Assembly (NCBI GenBank): GCA_951406725.2
Contig: OX597816.1
Coordinates: 10,602,001-10,666,000, forward strand
DNA from: Octopus vulgaris
Taxonomy: Eukaryota
Reading direction: 5' to 3'
DNA length: 64,000 nucleotides
Shown one piece after another: positions 13,170 through 26,259 of this stretch (its first letter is position 1; each line of letters begins with the position of its first letter). A program made the translations under genes and the position numbers. The notes beneath the pieces are model-generated. The model did no database searches and had not been told where the DNA came from. It saw only the letters and a list, made by a program, of their open reading frames with translations.

Positions 13170-13528
13170 AGCTCAGCGTCACAGTTGACAACGTTTCTCT
13201 AAAAGAAATGGAGAAACTTTCAAAATACAAAGACCTGCAAATAGAGGTAACCAGAATGTGGAATCTAAAAACAGAAACAATTCCTATCATAGTAGGTGCA
13301 TTAGGCATGATAAAAAAATATTCAGACAAATACATAACAAAAACACCTGGGCTTACAAACACATATAGCATACAGAAAATAGCACTACTGGGCACTGCAC
13401 ACATCCTAAGTAAAAACACTTTTCATACAGTGAAAATAAGAGCATCACAGCAAACCACAACACATACCCAAGGCACACAGAGCTGCGCTCGGTAGTGAAG
13501 TGAAAGCACATAAAAAAAATTAAGACTA

Positions 13529-13530
<2 letters not shown>
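13170..13530 (+). mobile_element. R4/Dong-type LINE 3' end
   Basis: ORF 13208-13495 EKLSKYKDLQIEVTRMWNLKTETIPIIVGALG...IQKIALLGTAHIL, followed by (AAT)n. Confidence 0.85.
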
Positions 13531-13580
<50 letters not shown>

Positions 13581-13824
13581 GCAACAACATGCTCAAAATA
13601 CTGCTTTATTGAGGACAGTAGGGTAGAACATGCTCAAGAAACTGCTGTATTGGGAACAGCAAGCATTTTGAGATTGGTACTGGTGTGTTAGGTATCTTCC
13701 ATGATACTCAACACCTAAGTGGAAAGAGACTCAGTGAGACCATTGACAACAGGTTGCACTCTGATCTTACGGAATTAAGCAGAGCAAATAAGCTCAAGAT
13801 CTCTGAGAAATAGTCTAGTTATAA

Positions 13825-14225
13825 TAATCCTGTCTACTCAATGCATAAAGCCTGAAATTTTGGAGGAGGGAACTAGTCGATTACATCAACCCCCAGGGTT
13901 TCACTGGTAATTAATTTACCAACCCCGAAAGGATGAAAGGCAAAGTCAACCTCAGTGGAATTTGAACTCGTAACATAGCGACAGGCAAAATACCTATTTC
14001 TTTACTACCGACAAGGGGCTAAACACAGAGAGGACAAACAAAGACAGACAAACGGATTAAGTCGATTATATCGACCCCAGTGCATAACTGGTACTCAATT
14101 TATCGACCCCAAAAGGATGAAAGACAAAGTTGACCTCGGCGGAATTTGAACTCAGAATGTAGCAACAGGCAAAATACCGCTAAGCATTTCGCCTGGTGTG
14201 CTAACGATTCTGCCAGCTCTCCACC
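13825..14225 (-). mobile_element. Two SINE family B copies, one with the alternative 3' tail
   Basis: aaaggatgaaaggcaaagtcaacctc..gaatttgaactc occurs twice; tail tttctttactaccgacaaggggctaaacacagag. Confidence 0.8.
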
Positions 14226-15244
14226 CTAACGATAATGATGATGATGATAATGCTCTGATGCAATACCAGGCATTGACTCTCATGGTTTTTCATCTTAACT
14301 GACTGGTAGTGTTATGTACATGCTTTGTCTTGGTATAAAAGATGGGCTACAGCAAATATTCTGCTCAATATCACAGATTTGATTGTCAGTTGTTTGACCT
14401 TAACCAGTTGAACATGTCCCTTAGTGGCTGACGATATGTGCATCTCTGATCACATGCACTAGTTGGGGAACATCATAGCCATGTGCTGAGAAGAATTGTT
14501 TGGGTTTTGGATAATTCACCTCTTTAAACATTGGTGTTTCATTCAACATCCTTAAAGAAGCCTTATTCAGGGACCTTTTGAGCAGGATTGGCTACTCGAT
14601 CTGAAGAGAATTCTAACTGGTCGCCACCTGCAAGGTCATGTGCTGCTTATCTAGATATGAGATCACCATGTCATGCACATATGGTTGCAATGCATGTGTC
14701 CTTATCAAATGGGTAGTCATGATAGTATATTGGGCTTGTACCCCAGTGTCACTTTAATAGCATGCGCTGCTCTCTCAACCAATAATAATAATAATAATGA
14801 AGCTTTCAGTCAAATTGTAACTTCACATCCTTCACTCGCCTCAGGATGCTTGGTGTGTCTCAGCAAATGATTGTGATAAACACAAAGATTAAAAGTTTAA
14901 AAAAAAAAGTTATTTTCTCCTGCAGACAGTATTTTCAATCGCATGGCAACTTATTCCTTCATAGCATTTTCAAATGTAAAATCTTGTTCTTTGACAGCTG
15001 TGGTTCAGACTTGGGTGTAATTCTCATAAATTAAAGCAAAACATAATAAGAATCCGTTGTACTGTAGGTAAATGGCCTAGTCTATTACATCTTCACAGAT
15101 ACTCAACTGGTACTAATCTTATTTACCCAGAAAGAATGAATGGTGCAGTCGACCGGAATGTAAAAGCTGAGAGAAACGCTGCTAGTCATTTTGTCTGACA
15201 TGCTAATGATATTACCAGCTCACTGCCTCACAACAACAACAACA

Positions 15245-15625
15245 GCGAGGCTGTAACTGAGGGAGAAAATATAATGATTCTTTGGGACTTTCCAGTATGT
15301 TCAGACCAGACAATCAAAACAACTAAACCAGATATTGTTGTGAAAGACCAAAACAATAAAGTCTGTTTACTGATCAGCATCAGCATATCCTGTGACCATA
15401 ATATCTTGGCAAAAGAATTTGGAAGGCTCGGAAAATATAAAGATTTGCTAATCAAAATGGAAAAGATGTGGCATCTCAAAATGGTTACAAAACCAGTGAT
15501 TGTAGGAACAGTTGGAATGATCCTAAAAGGAACTGAAGATTATTTAAAAATGATCCATGCAGAGAGTGCAGAAGATTGTCTTAACTGGTATGTCATATGT
15601 ACTGAGAAGAGCATTGTCACTGAAT
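15245..15625 (+). mobile_element. R4/Dong-type RLE fragment
   Basis: ILWDFPVCSDQTIKTTKPDIVVKD...KYKDLLIKMEKMWHLK...PVIVGTVG. Confidence 0.8.
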
Positions 15626-15680
15626 TAATTTTCTTTCCCTTTTCCCTCTTTATTTTCTGTCTTCTTCTGAAAGAAGCCTG

Positions 15681-15752
<72 letters not shown>

Positions 15753-16099
15753 CCTCCACCACTATCACTTGATAACCAATGCTGGTGTGTATACATCCCC
15801 GTAACTTAGTGGTTCAACAAACAGAGCAAATAGAATACTGGGCTTACAAGGAATAAGTTCTGGGGTTCATTTGTGTGACTAAAGGCATTGCTGCAGCATG
15901 GCCACAGGCAAATGAATGAAACAAATAAAAGAATACATGCACTTACTGCAAGTGTACGCCAACAGAGATATAGACATACAGAAGTGGGTAGCTACTGTAA
16001 TTCATTAGCCTAGGCTTTTGGCAGCCAAAGTAAGTTATTAGTAGATGTTTCAATCGTGAGTTTCTTTTAACTCATCATCACAATATCAGTGATATTTCG

Positions 16100-16560
16100 A
16101 TGACTGGCATCTGTGCCAGTGGAGTGCTAAGAGCACCATCCGAGCATGATCGTTGCCAGGGCCGCTGACTGGCTCCCATGCCGGTGGCACGTAAAAAGCA
16201 CCATTCAAGTGTGACTGTTACCAGTATCACCTTACTAGCACTTGTGCCAGTGGCACATGAAAAACATTTGAGCGAGGTCATTACCAGTGCCGCTGGACTG
16301 GCTCCTGTACAGGTGGCACGTAAAAAAACCATTTGAGCATGGCTTTTGCCAGTACCGCCTGACTGGTCCTCGTGCCGGTGGCACATAAAACTACCCACTA
16401 CACTCTTTGAGTGGTTGGCATTAGGAAGGGCATCCAGCTGTAGAAACTCAGCCAGATCAGATTGGAGCCTGGTGCAACCATCTGGTTCGCCAGTCTTCAG
16501 TCAAACCGTCCAACCCATGCTAGCATGGAAAGCTGACGTTAAACGATGATGATAATGATG
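16100..16560 (+). mobile_element. (GAT)n-tailed RTE 3' UTR repeat with about five hairpin units
   Basis: gtgccggtggcacgtaaaaagcacc-type motif recurs every ~60 bp before the common tail. Confidence 0.8.
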
Positions 16561-16992
16561 CAATTCATTACATCTGATATTCAGTATTTATAGAAAGGAG
16601 AACCCTATAAGTTTGCATATCTCAGCAGTACCTTTACTGCCCATTCTTGTTTTGGTCATCCATTTTCTATTCAGAAGAGGCAAATGATTTTCAATACATA
16701 CTTCTAACATTACCAGTGCTTTATTAACGCTATCACTGTCAATGCTATTGGGTTTACAACATATATTATTGCATCATTCACTTCTTCACACCTGTATCTC
16801 AATTGTAAGCTATGGTTCTTTACGGTCTGAGTTCAAATTCCACCGAGGTCGACTTTACCTTTCATCTTTTTGGTACAGATAAAATAAGTACTAGTTGAAT
16901 ACTGGGGACCATGTAAACAACTATGAACCCTCCACTTGAATTTCCGGCCTCGTGCCTTAGTGATCGATTATTATTATTATTATTATTATAAC

Positions 16993-17760
16993 AACAACCA
17001 AGTTCAATTTTTTTAATTTACAGGATATTTATTTAGTACATTTTGATATTTATTCATCTCCACCTCTCATCTCCACACACACCGACATGTCTACAATATT
17101 TTTTATTAATTTTTTTCTTTTATGATTAGATTTATTGATTATTGATTATTCATCCTCATATTCATATATTTTCTCATAGATTTAGTTTTTATTATTTACA
17201 TTCACACCTGTCTATTCATCTATGTTTATTTTTTTATTTGCAAAATTGATTTATTACTATCACGGTTGTTATTATTATTATTGTTGTTGTTGCTGTTGTC
17301 ATTATTATTATTATTTTACCCACTTCTTTTATCAGGTCTCTTCTTCAATCCACCTGTCATCACCACACCTGACTGCTGAATGCCTCAGCTCACCTTCATT
17401 AATTATCCATCACCTACCAAACAATAAGATATTCTTCAAGGTCAACCTCTCTATGACCTCTATATATTTCCAACTTCCATAGAATAATCCTTCTCTTTCT
17501 CTCCCCCCCTCTCTCTCTCTGTCTCTCCCATCCTCCAATTGAAATGGTGATCAATAGAATCACTTAGCCTCTTCCAATTAGAATTCACATCAAGCATTCA
17601 CACTAAACAATCATTAAAAGATAAAATATTCATAAAACCCCATCATATTCTGCTCTCTCTCTCTTTCTCACACACACACTCACACACAAATCAAAGCCAC
17701 TTTATACCCATCTATCAAAGAAAATCCCAGCATGCAGTCCATGCGAATATTTCCTATAGA
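16993..17760 (-). repeat. Right arm of the long inverted duplication
   Basis: See 12187-13110. Confidence 0.9.
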
Positions 17761-17779
17761 AGTGTGCATGTATGCATTA

Positions 17780-18125
17780 TGCTAAAAGTATATACATCAT
17801 TGAAAGGCATGATACTATGACCTTTTCCTGAAAGAAAATTTCTGCATAGACATGCTATGTTATAAACTCAACATTTATGAGTGCAAGATGAGAAATCCAT
17901 CCAGCAGAGATTCACAAAAATTGCAGATGCATTTTGACCTTCTTGGGTCTTGTCAATCACGTACACTGACTGATCACATACCTTGATGAAATCTATCACT
18001 CTGATATAAAGGAAACTGAAAAATCAATTCACTGATGTTGCAAATAGCTGCTGGGCTGAATAAAAATTCAGTGTACGCAATTTAACCAGTATTAAATTAA
18101 CTATCTTTGTATCATACTTAATATA
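17780..18125. mobile_element. Degenerate repeat with permuted homolog at ~22860-22990 (probably Penelope-type)
   Basis: Shared aagtatataca.ca.tgaaagg.atgatac and cagtgta.gcaa segments in different order; decayed hammerhead-like hairpin gacc-caagaa-ggtc on the minus strand near 17935-17950. Confidence 0.35.
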
Positions 18126-18365
18126 TTTGCTTGGGATTTGATGTTACATGAATTGGTTGATGCAGGCGTATATGTGAGCATGTTGTATGTACATATCTGT
18201 TGATAAACTTTCACCCATGCGTGTATATTGCAAAGTACACAAGTGTATGTTTCATTACTATCTATGTGTGTGCCTGTGTGTTTATTTTATATGTATATGT
18301 GACGGTTCACATGCATTCATCCAGGTACCCCAAATGTTTTACAAAATTTCACTGTTCCTCTAATC

Positions 18366-18664
18366 CAGTGGTTCCCAAACTTTTTCAGGCTGCTGCCCCC
18401 TTGACACCCACACCACATTCCTAGCGCTCCCACCCCAACTAACCATCGCAAACATAGACCTCTTTCTGAAGCAAACTCAAAGCAACTGTATTTCATGAAT
18501 AAAACTTAACCTAATGTACCCATTATTTTGCTGTTTTTACATGAATCACTACCCCATTATAACCCCACATTTTACATGAATAGCTACCCCACTTTTCTTC
18601 AGCACACCCTTGGAACTTTCCACTGCCCCCAGACAGGCAATACCACCCAATTTGGGAACCACTG
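18366..18664. mobile_element. hAT-type MITE
   Basis: TIR CAGTGGTTCCCAAA / TTTGGGAACCACTG; 8-bp TSD ctctaatc/cgctaatc. Confidence 0.85.
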
Positions 18665-18729
18665 CGCTAATCAATTGTATGTGGAGAGTTTGTATCAGCT
18701 GGGTGTGTCTGCTAGTATATGTATATATA

Positions 18730-20026
18730 CAGGGTGCGGTGAATAAGCTGTTGCCTAAATTACGCAAAAATGAAAATAACAATGCCATCTCATTTTAACA
18801 GATATGTTGATCAAAATTACATAAAAATGTCTTGAAATATTAAAGAGTAAATTTATTCAATAAAGTTACCATTGGCTTCAACCATGGCCTCCAGACGACT
18901 TCAGAATCTCCTGCAAATCTTCTGGATGGTCTCCTTGTTTAAGTTGGTGAATGCTACCATAATCCTTGCCTTTCGTTCATCTTTGGTGTTACAAGGAGTT
19001 TTGTTGGTCTCTCGCTCAACTATGCCCCACACATAATAATCAAGGGAGTTAGAATCTGGGGAGTTAGGTGACCAGATGTTAAGAGTGATGTAGTCGCAGA
19101 AATTGTCTGACAGCCATGACTGGGTCTTTCTGCTTGTGTGGCATGTGGCAGAATCCTGTTGCCAGACATAGGGTCTTCCAGCAGCCACCCTCTTGACCCA
19201 GGGAAGCACTACCTTCTCAAGGCACTTAATGTAGGCCTCTGTGTTGAGCATGAGACTATGTGGGAAGATAGATGGAAGTATGTCACCATCACTAGTGGTC
19301 ACTCCAAACACCATGATGTTGACTGGACATTTGATTTTTATCACTTTCGGTACATGTTTTGGGAAATCGGCAAGTCAGTGGTTCTTCTGTGTGTTCACAA
19401 TCTGATCCTGGCAGGAATTTTTCTCATTTGAGAAAAGCCAAAGTATGTTCAGTTGGGCGGGGGATGCTCGAGTTGGTTCAAAAGCTTTGTAACATGGTCT
19501 TTGCTCTCGTCCTTGATGGCTTGGGATAAAAATTGGCCCTTTCTCATCTTGTATGAGGAATACCGAATGTCGTAATGCACAACCTGCCTGACAAAAAACT
19601 GAGACTTTCCCATGTCTCTGGCGATGGGCTTGATTAACTTGGAGGGATTGTTGTCAATCATGGCCTGGATCTCACCAACAAATTCAGGAGTTCCTTTATC
19701 AGAACAATCAGAGGGAGTTTTCAGAGTTGCCATACTTTCTTAATCACCATTAGACTCATCCAACTCTTTCCGAATCCTCTGCACTGTCCTCAGATTGACA
19801 CCCAAACACTCTGGAATGTTCGAATTGGAACTTCCAGCATGAATGCCAAGCAGTACAGCATATCATTTCCAAATTTCTGGCTGAGTGAATTGTGTCATGA
19901 TGTTTTTCTCACAGATGGTGCCCAACTGACCCTACTATACTGTGTAGTCAACAAAATCAAACACAAACAATGCACATGCACGAAATTACAAATATGAATT
20001 GGCGGCAATTTACCTATCGCACCCTC
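18730..20026 (-). mobile_element. Tc1/mariner DD37D (maT-type) transposon, near full length, decayed
   Basis: Degenerate TIRs CAGGGTGCG... preceded by TA on the left; internal transposase. Confidence 0.9.
18853..19898 (-). pseudogene. DD37D transposase pseudogene
   Basis: MTQFTQPEIWK*...FSNEK...WQQDSATCH...WSPNSPDSNSLDYYVWG...GNFIE*. 37 residues between the 2nd and 3rd Asp; stops and frameshifts present. Confidence 0.9.
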
Positions 20027-20518
20027 TGTGTGCGAGATATATATATCTATATATATATATACCTAAGTAAACGTAAGGGTAAGTAAGTTAGGCAGATCGA
20101 TATATAAAATATATTTAATATATGAAATACAAAAATTGTACCTTTCTTTAATTCTCTATAATATTTTGTGTAAGTCAGACCGTTTTATATGTATACATCT
20201 TTTGTATTTCACGTATTCAATATACTGTATATATTGATCTGTCTAACTTGCTTAAGTTTAAATCTCTTGAGCACTGCCAAGTGTATTCCATATGGGGAAT
20301 GTCTGATTCTCATCTATAAACTATATATATATATATATATATATACATACATACATACACATTTGCTCTCCCTTGGCATCATACACATGTGTGATAATGC
20401 CAAGGGAGAGCAAAGATTATGATAAGGACAGGATGCGGCTAATGACTGTCTGATGATGCTAATAACGAGCAACATCTATCTCCCCTTTTCCCCCTTTCAA
20501 CTGGCATAAACACACACA

Positions 20519-20556
<38 letters not shown>

Positions 20557-21124
20557 CTTTCTCTCCAATACTCTCACACAACTCATAGACACATTTCATT
20601 TCCTCAAATTAATAGAATTCCAGTTTTTCCAGGACATATTCATGAGAATCAGAAGAACCAGATTTTACCTTCGTATGTCCAAGGTTAATAAAATAATTAA
20701 CAATTAAATGTAATATTTAATAGTTAATTAACTTGACTCTTATCAGCTGATGCTAATTTGGATGGGAATCTATCTTATGATTATAAATGTGAAATCGTTA
20801 TTAAATGAAATTAGTTATAACACTGCTACATACTTTAAGTGTAGGTAATATAAGCTCAGTGGATATTGTCTTTTAAATTAAGGCCAAAGAACTTCCAGTT
20901 TGTAAGTTCAAATCCACTGCAGGTGCTTTATGTTTTTGAGACAGAATGGTTGGTTATATATAACTCGACTCACCTGGTTTCTATGAATTGCTACCACTGT
21001 ACGCTGAGCTGGCAGACTCTTTGGCACATCAGAAAAATGACGTGTAATATTTTTCCAGCTCTTTACATTCTCAGTTCAAATTCTACCCAGCTCAACTTTG
21101 CCTTTCATGTATCTGGATTTGTTA

Positions 21125-21330
21125 AATCGTGGCTGCTGCCAGCCTCCCCTGGCACGTAAAAAGCACCCACTACACTCACAGAGTGGTTGGCGTTAGGAAA
21201 GGCATCCAGCTGTAGAAACACTGCTAGATCAGATTGGAGCTTGGTGCAGCCTCCTGGCTTCCCAGACCCCAGTCAAACCGTCCAACCCGTGCTAGCACGG
21301 AAAACGGATGTTAAATGATGATGATGATGA
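21125..21330 (+). mobile_element. (GAT)n-tailed RTE 3' UTR repeat
   Basis: Family match. Confidence 0.75.
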
Positions 21331-21479
21331 AAGTATGTATCAAGAACTAGGATCGGTGGTATCGACATATCCCTCATCTCTCAAATTTGCTGGCCTTGTG
21401 CTTAAATCGGAAGTCATCTTGAATAAATTCGATATCACTTTGGAATATTGCTGGTCAGCGTTTTCACTGACACACAGAG

Positions 21480-21785
21480 ACACTGCATCAGTTACAACGA
21501 TGAGGGCCCCAGTTGATCCACTCAACGGAACAGCCTGTTCATGGAATTAACATACAAGTGGGTAAGAACACTACAAACATGTCCATGGAGATTCAGCCTG
21601 ACACAGAATGTGACAAGGCTGGTCCTCTAAAATGCAGGTACAACTCATTTTTACCAGCTGAGTGGACTGGAGCAAAGTGAAGTAAAGTGTCTTGCTCAAG
21701 GACACAATGTTTAGCCAAGAATCGAACTCAAGACCTTACAATCGTGAGCTGAATACCCTAACCAAGTAGACAAACACCTTCACTA
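21480..21785 (-). mobile_element. SINE family D
   Basis: Homologous to 1088-1389. Confidence 0.7.
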
Positions 21786-23879
21786 ACACACGCACACAAT
21801 CAAATAAGTCTTTGTAGTCTCACCTATATATTTAGATTTATAGATGTCGAAGCACACATCTTAAATTATATAACAAAAGTTGATGTTTGAGTTTAAACTA
21901 AAATATGTACGATTAAGTCACATGTTATAAAATCAGTCCATTAGATATACCACATCATGAGAATCTGTTAGAACTTTCAGAATTTCTGTGGCTGATTTAT
22001 TTAAGCAGTTTATTGTATACATTTTAACAATGGAATCCGTGTCACTCAATAAGCAAGCGTCTCTTATCTCATTGGAAAATATTGTAATGAATATTAATGA
22101 GAACACATATACATACATAGTAGCTTTGATATGAAATATTGTAATAAGCTGATGAATAAAGCGACATTTCTCCTTCAGTGATATTACAAATTTTCTGAAA
22201 ACACCCTTTCAGCTGGAAATTTTGTAAATTGAATTCAATGAGACAACAGGACATAACTCACATAATGAAAACTATTTTGTAGAAAATAAATGAAAGAAAC
22301 TAATAAACCTTAGCTAAATTGTTCTCTGCTACCTTGAATTGCTAATAAAACTGTGCTGTGACTTGGAATCATGGTTTGCTATAATCAATCATGAAATATA
22401 GTTTGAAAATTTTTAATATCCTCTCGGTTTTCTATAGGCTACCGTTCTTCATTAGAAATACCGTTTTATATACAAAAATGGAAAAAAAAAAAAAGAAAAA
22501 AACTTATTGGATAGCTGACCGATTATATTATAAGCATTGGATTCAATCTCAGTTTTAAGTATAGCATTATATCCGGTGAAAGTAATTGTTCAAGTAACAT
22601 TAAAATAAAATAGTTGTATACTTATTATAGTTAACGTATGTACACCGATGAGTGGCTGCAGTTTTTGTCTGAGAGAATATCTCTCAATTGACATGTGTTC
22701 GATATTGAAATGAAATGAAGATATTCCGATCAGTGATTCACAAAAACGCCACTCGTGTTTCGGCCTACATTGGCCTTGTATATGACGTGCTCTCACGTGT
22801 CGCATGGCCAGACAAAATCTCTCCATTCTGTTATGTAGGAAACATTGAATAAAAGATTCACTGATATTGCTTAAAGCCTGCTAAGCCGAACAAAACCACA
22901 GTGTATGCAACTGAAACAGCATTAACTCAAAATAGTCATCCATGTACCATACTTAAAGTATATACACCACTGAAAGGTATGATACAGTGGTTTTCGTCTT
23001 ATAGACATGCTGCATTAATAAAACAATAAGTATTGGAAGAAGAAAACCACATGTGAACGATGCATATACATCATGTACAACAAATAGATGGCAATCCAAC
23101 TTAATATTGCTTCACTGGTGTACACCAGGTATTTTACTCAGCTCGGCAGCCATTCACAATATCAGCGAGCATATTATTCAGTTTCCTGTGTATCAGAGGT
23201 GGTAAACTTCATTTTAGACTGAAATGCCCCTGGTGAAGAAAAATAAACATTTCGTTCAGTCACTGAGGAAACCTTTATAGAAATTTACACAATAAGCTTA
23301 AAATAGTAACCAGATCTCTCCCAGAAAACACTCTACAGTGAACATAATATATATCATAGGCTTTGCTCACCAAATTTCATATGTCCACAATAAATACGGG
23401 GTGACCATGGATGGAAATGGCGATCAATTGTTTCATGTGATTAGGTACTTCTATAAATAGATCTGATTGGACATAGATGATCATTGCTGAATACGATCAA
23501 CCAAAATTTCTAGCAGGCGCATGATGATTTGAAGCAAAAAAAAAAACAAAACAAAAAAAACAAGAATAAAATAATCTGTCCAACTTTATAGCTTAAATAT
23601 CTGTCTTTAATGTGAATCTTTTCTAGATTTATGTAGTATTGTACAATTTTTAAATTCTGGCTTTTGGCCATCTTGGGGACGCAGTGATATCAACAAATCA
23701 TAATTTTGTTTAAATATTATCTATCAAGAAAATCGATGAGTAGGCAGAATCGTTTACATGCCGGGAAAAATGCTAAGCAGCATTGCGTCTGTGTATCTTC
23801 TGAGTTCAAATTCCACCGAGGTCAACTTTGCCTTTCATCCTTTGGGTCGTCTATAAACTAAGCAACAGCTAATCACTGG

Positions 23880-24105
23880 GATCAGTTGTTAGAGCACTGC
23901 ATCCTTCAAAACTTCCATGCTTCCTGAGATTCGCCAACACTACACCTGATTTTCTCCCCTCCGTACACACACGCAAGCATGTACCCGACTCATACATTGT
24001 TCACTTCCCAGACATTTGTACATTACTGCATATGCTTTATACGCACTTCTGACAAGTTGTGGTGCACCTGAGCACTGTATACAATAATTTCATTATTATT
24101 ATTAT
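23880..24105 (+). mobile_element. CR1-type LINE extreme 3' end
   Basis: Homologous to 45115-45330 (inverted); (ATT)n tail. Confidence 0.7.
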
Positions 24106-24356
24106 AATCGATTAGTCGGCTCCCACGAAACTGCTGACCTCGTGCCAAAATTTGAAATCCATATTTTCTTTCAAAAAGAGAATCAACTCGTTCATAAATG
24201 TGGTTTAACAAATGAAGTGGTGTCTTGCACTGATTCACTCATGCGTAGCTGCATCTGCTTATAGACGGCAGCAAACTTTCTGAATTGAAATATCTGTTAA
24301 AACGACATCATTTGATTTTCTGGAGCAATCAGGATATGAAACGCCAAGACCTTTTT

Positions 24357-24625
24357 GGTACTACTTGAGAACAGTGGTCCCGGTGCGCACACTCGCATAC
24401 TCGCGCATCCGCCTTAGCTAGTCGTGACTAGTCGATCCTTACTTTGTGTTTTTGCGTTTTATTTACTTTGTTTAACAAAAATTATTTACTTTGTGTCAAA
24501 AAATTATTTTGTGTTTTATTTACTTTGCTAGGTCGTCGTTTTAGGATCGACTAGTCACGACCAGCTAGCGCAGATGCGCGACAACGCGAGTGCGCGCACC
24601 GGGACCACTGTTCTCAAGTAGTACC
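24357..24625. mobile_element. MITE with long TIRs, probably Merlin superfamily
   Basis: TIR GGTACTACTTGAGAACAGTGGTCCCGGTGCGC (GGNRM terminus); second copy at 31606-31900. Confidence 0.8.
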
Positions 24626-26158
24626 AGGATATGAAACTTCAAGACATTTTTGTTCTATAAAACTTGTTTATTAGAAAATATTCTTTGACTATATCGACAT
24701 ATGTATTCATTTCACATCTTCACATTTCTTGTTTTACATTATCCAGAGAAACAGCTAAAGATCGTTTTGCTTAAAATTTCTCCATCTACAATTTCTTTCC
24801 AACTTCTTAATACACAACCACCTCTCAAACCTTTGTCATGAAAACATCATATAAAAGATGGTACACAGAAGAAAGATAGAATTACCTATTTATAGACAAT
24901 ATGCCAAAAACAATATGCAATATACCTATCCAAGTGATTGCAGCATAGAAAGATAATGGAAGGAAAAACAAAATGAAACACTAAGTATAAGAGAAGTTGT
25001 TCTCACAGAAGAAAAAAATTATTTCTTAAAGCCATGATATTGACATGCAGTTTCATTGACTTAGGTAAACAAGGTGACAAGTATTGTTGATGTAAAATAG
25101 AACATTCTAGTTTACTAGCCATACGTAAATATATACAGCAGGAAATAATAATCCAAGCTTTACCCAAATGGTGTTTAAATGGATGTAGAAAACTGCAACA
25201 AAATATATTCAGATCAATTTTGTTTTTACAATGACAGCAGTTGATACTAAAACTTTGACAGAGGTGAAGTCGATCATGGACAAGTATAAATAATTTATAG
25301 ATAAGGAATCCAAATACACCCATACAAGTTTGTTTGTTTTAGCAAGGAATTTACGCTTTGAATTTCCATTTCATAGCTGTCATGGCTACTTCAAAGCGGC
25401 TGCTGTTTATCCCATTAATGCTTCAGTGCAGAATTTCCAGAGAATATTTCAATGATACTGGTATTTTCAACCTCTGAACAAACTACGTTAATGCTATTCC
25501 TTCAAGAGAATTCCTATCTTAAGCTGCCATGTACTTTTATTATCCTTCATCGTGGTGAAAAATAAAATGAAGCAATCTATGTTTATTTAATGACAGTAGG
25601 ATAAACATTTATGTTATCGTAAATGAAGATGCTACAGCACACAATAATGTTGGCCGAGATAAAGATAAATATGAATATGAATAATGGGAATGGTGTGGAT
25701 TGAGGTATAAATATTTTACACACGGAGCAGAAGCGAACTCTAAATTATGAAGGATTAGGTTCGAACCAAGGAGGCAGAGAATGGCCTTTTCTACAACCAT
25801 ACGAATTTTGCTCTCTGTGTGAGAGGACATGTTTCTGAGGTGTTCACAAATATTTGGCTAAGAAATTCATTCACAAAGTACATGAGAAGATATATATATA
25901 TATATTACGTTTATATATTTGTTTTGTTAGATTCTTGATGTGAAATCGTGTGTTGAAACAGATGTTGTTTCAACAAAGGAACGGTCATTTGATGAGGTCA
26001 CAGAAGTGTGACGAAAGAACTCTGGCTGAAATAAGATCAAGATTAATGTAAAAAATAAATAAAGCTGGAGCAAATTAATACCAAATATATAGTGCGTGTG
26101 TTTTTATTGGCTAAACTGGCAAAATGACCATTATAAATACAACAATATACACACACAT

Positions 26159-26199
<41 letters not shown>

Positions 26200-26259
26200 T
26201 TGGCATGTGAAAGCACGTTGTAGGATGTATAAAAGACAAAATAGAGTGAAAAACTACAG

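Noticed and set aside
14250-14780. Possible twister/HDV-like ribozyme at the end of an unclassified repeat-like segment
   Set aside because: Only a ggtacaagccc fragment matches; pseudoknot pairings were not found.
16100-16400. CRISPR-like repeat/spacer pattern
   Set aside because: The spacers are homologous to each other, there are no cas genes, and the context is a eukaryotic retroelement; it is a tandem repeat.
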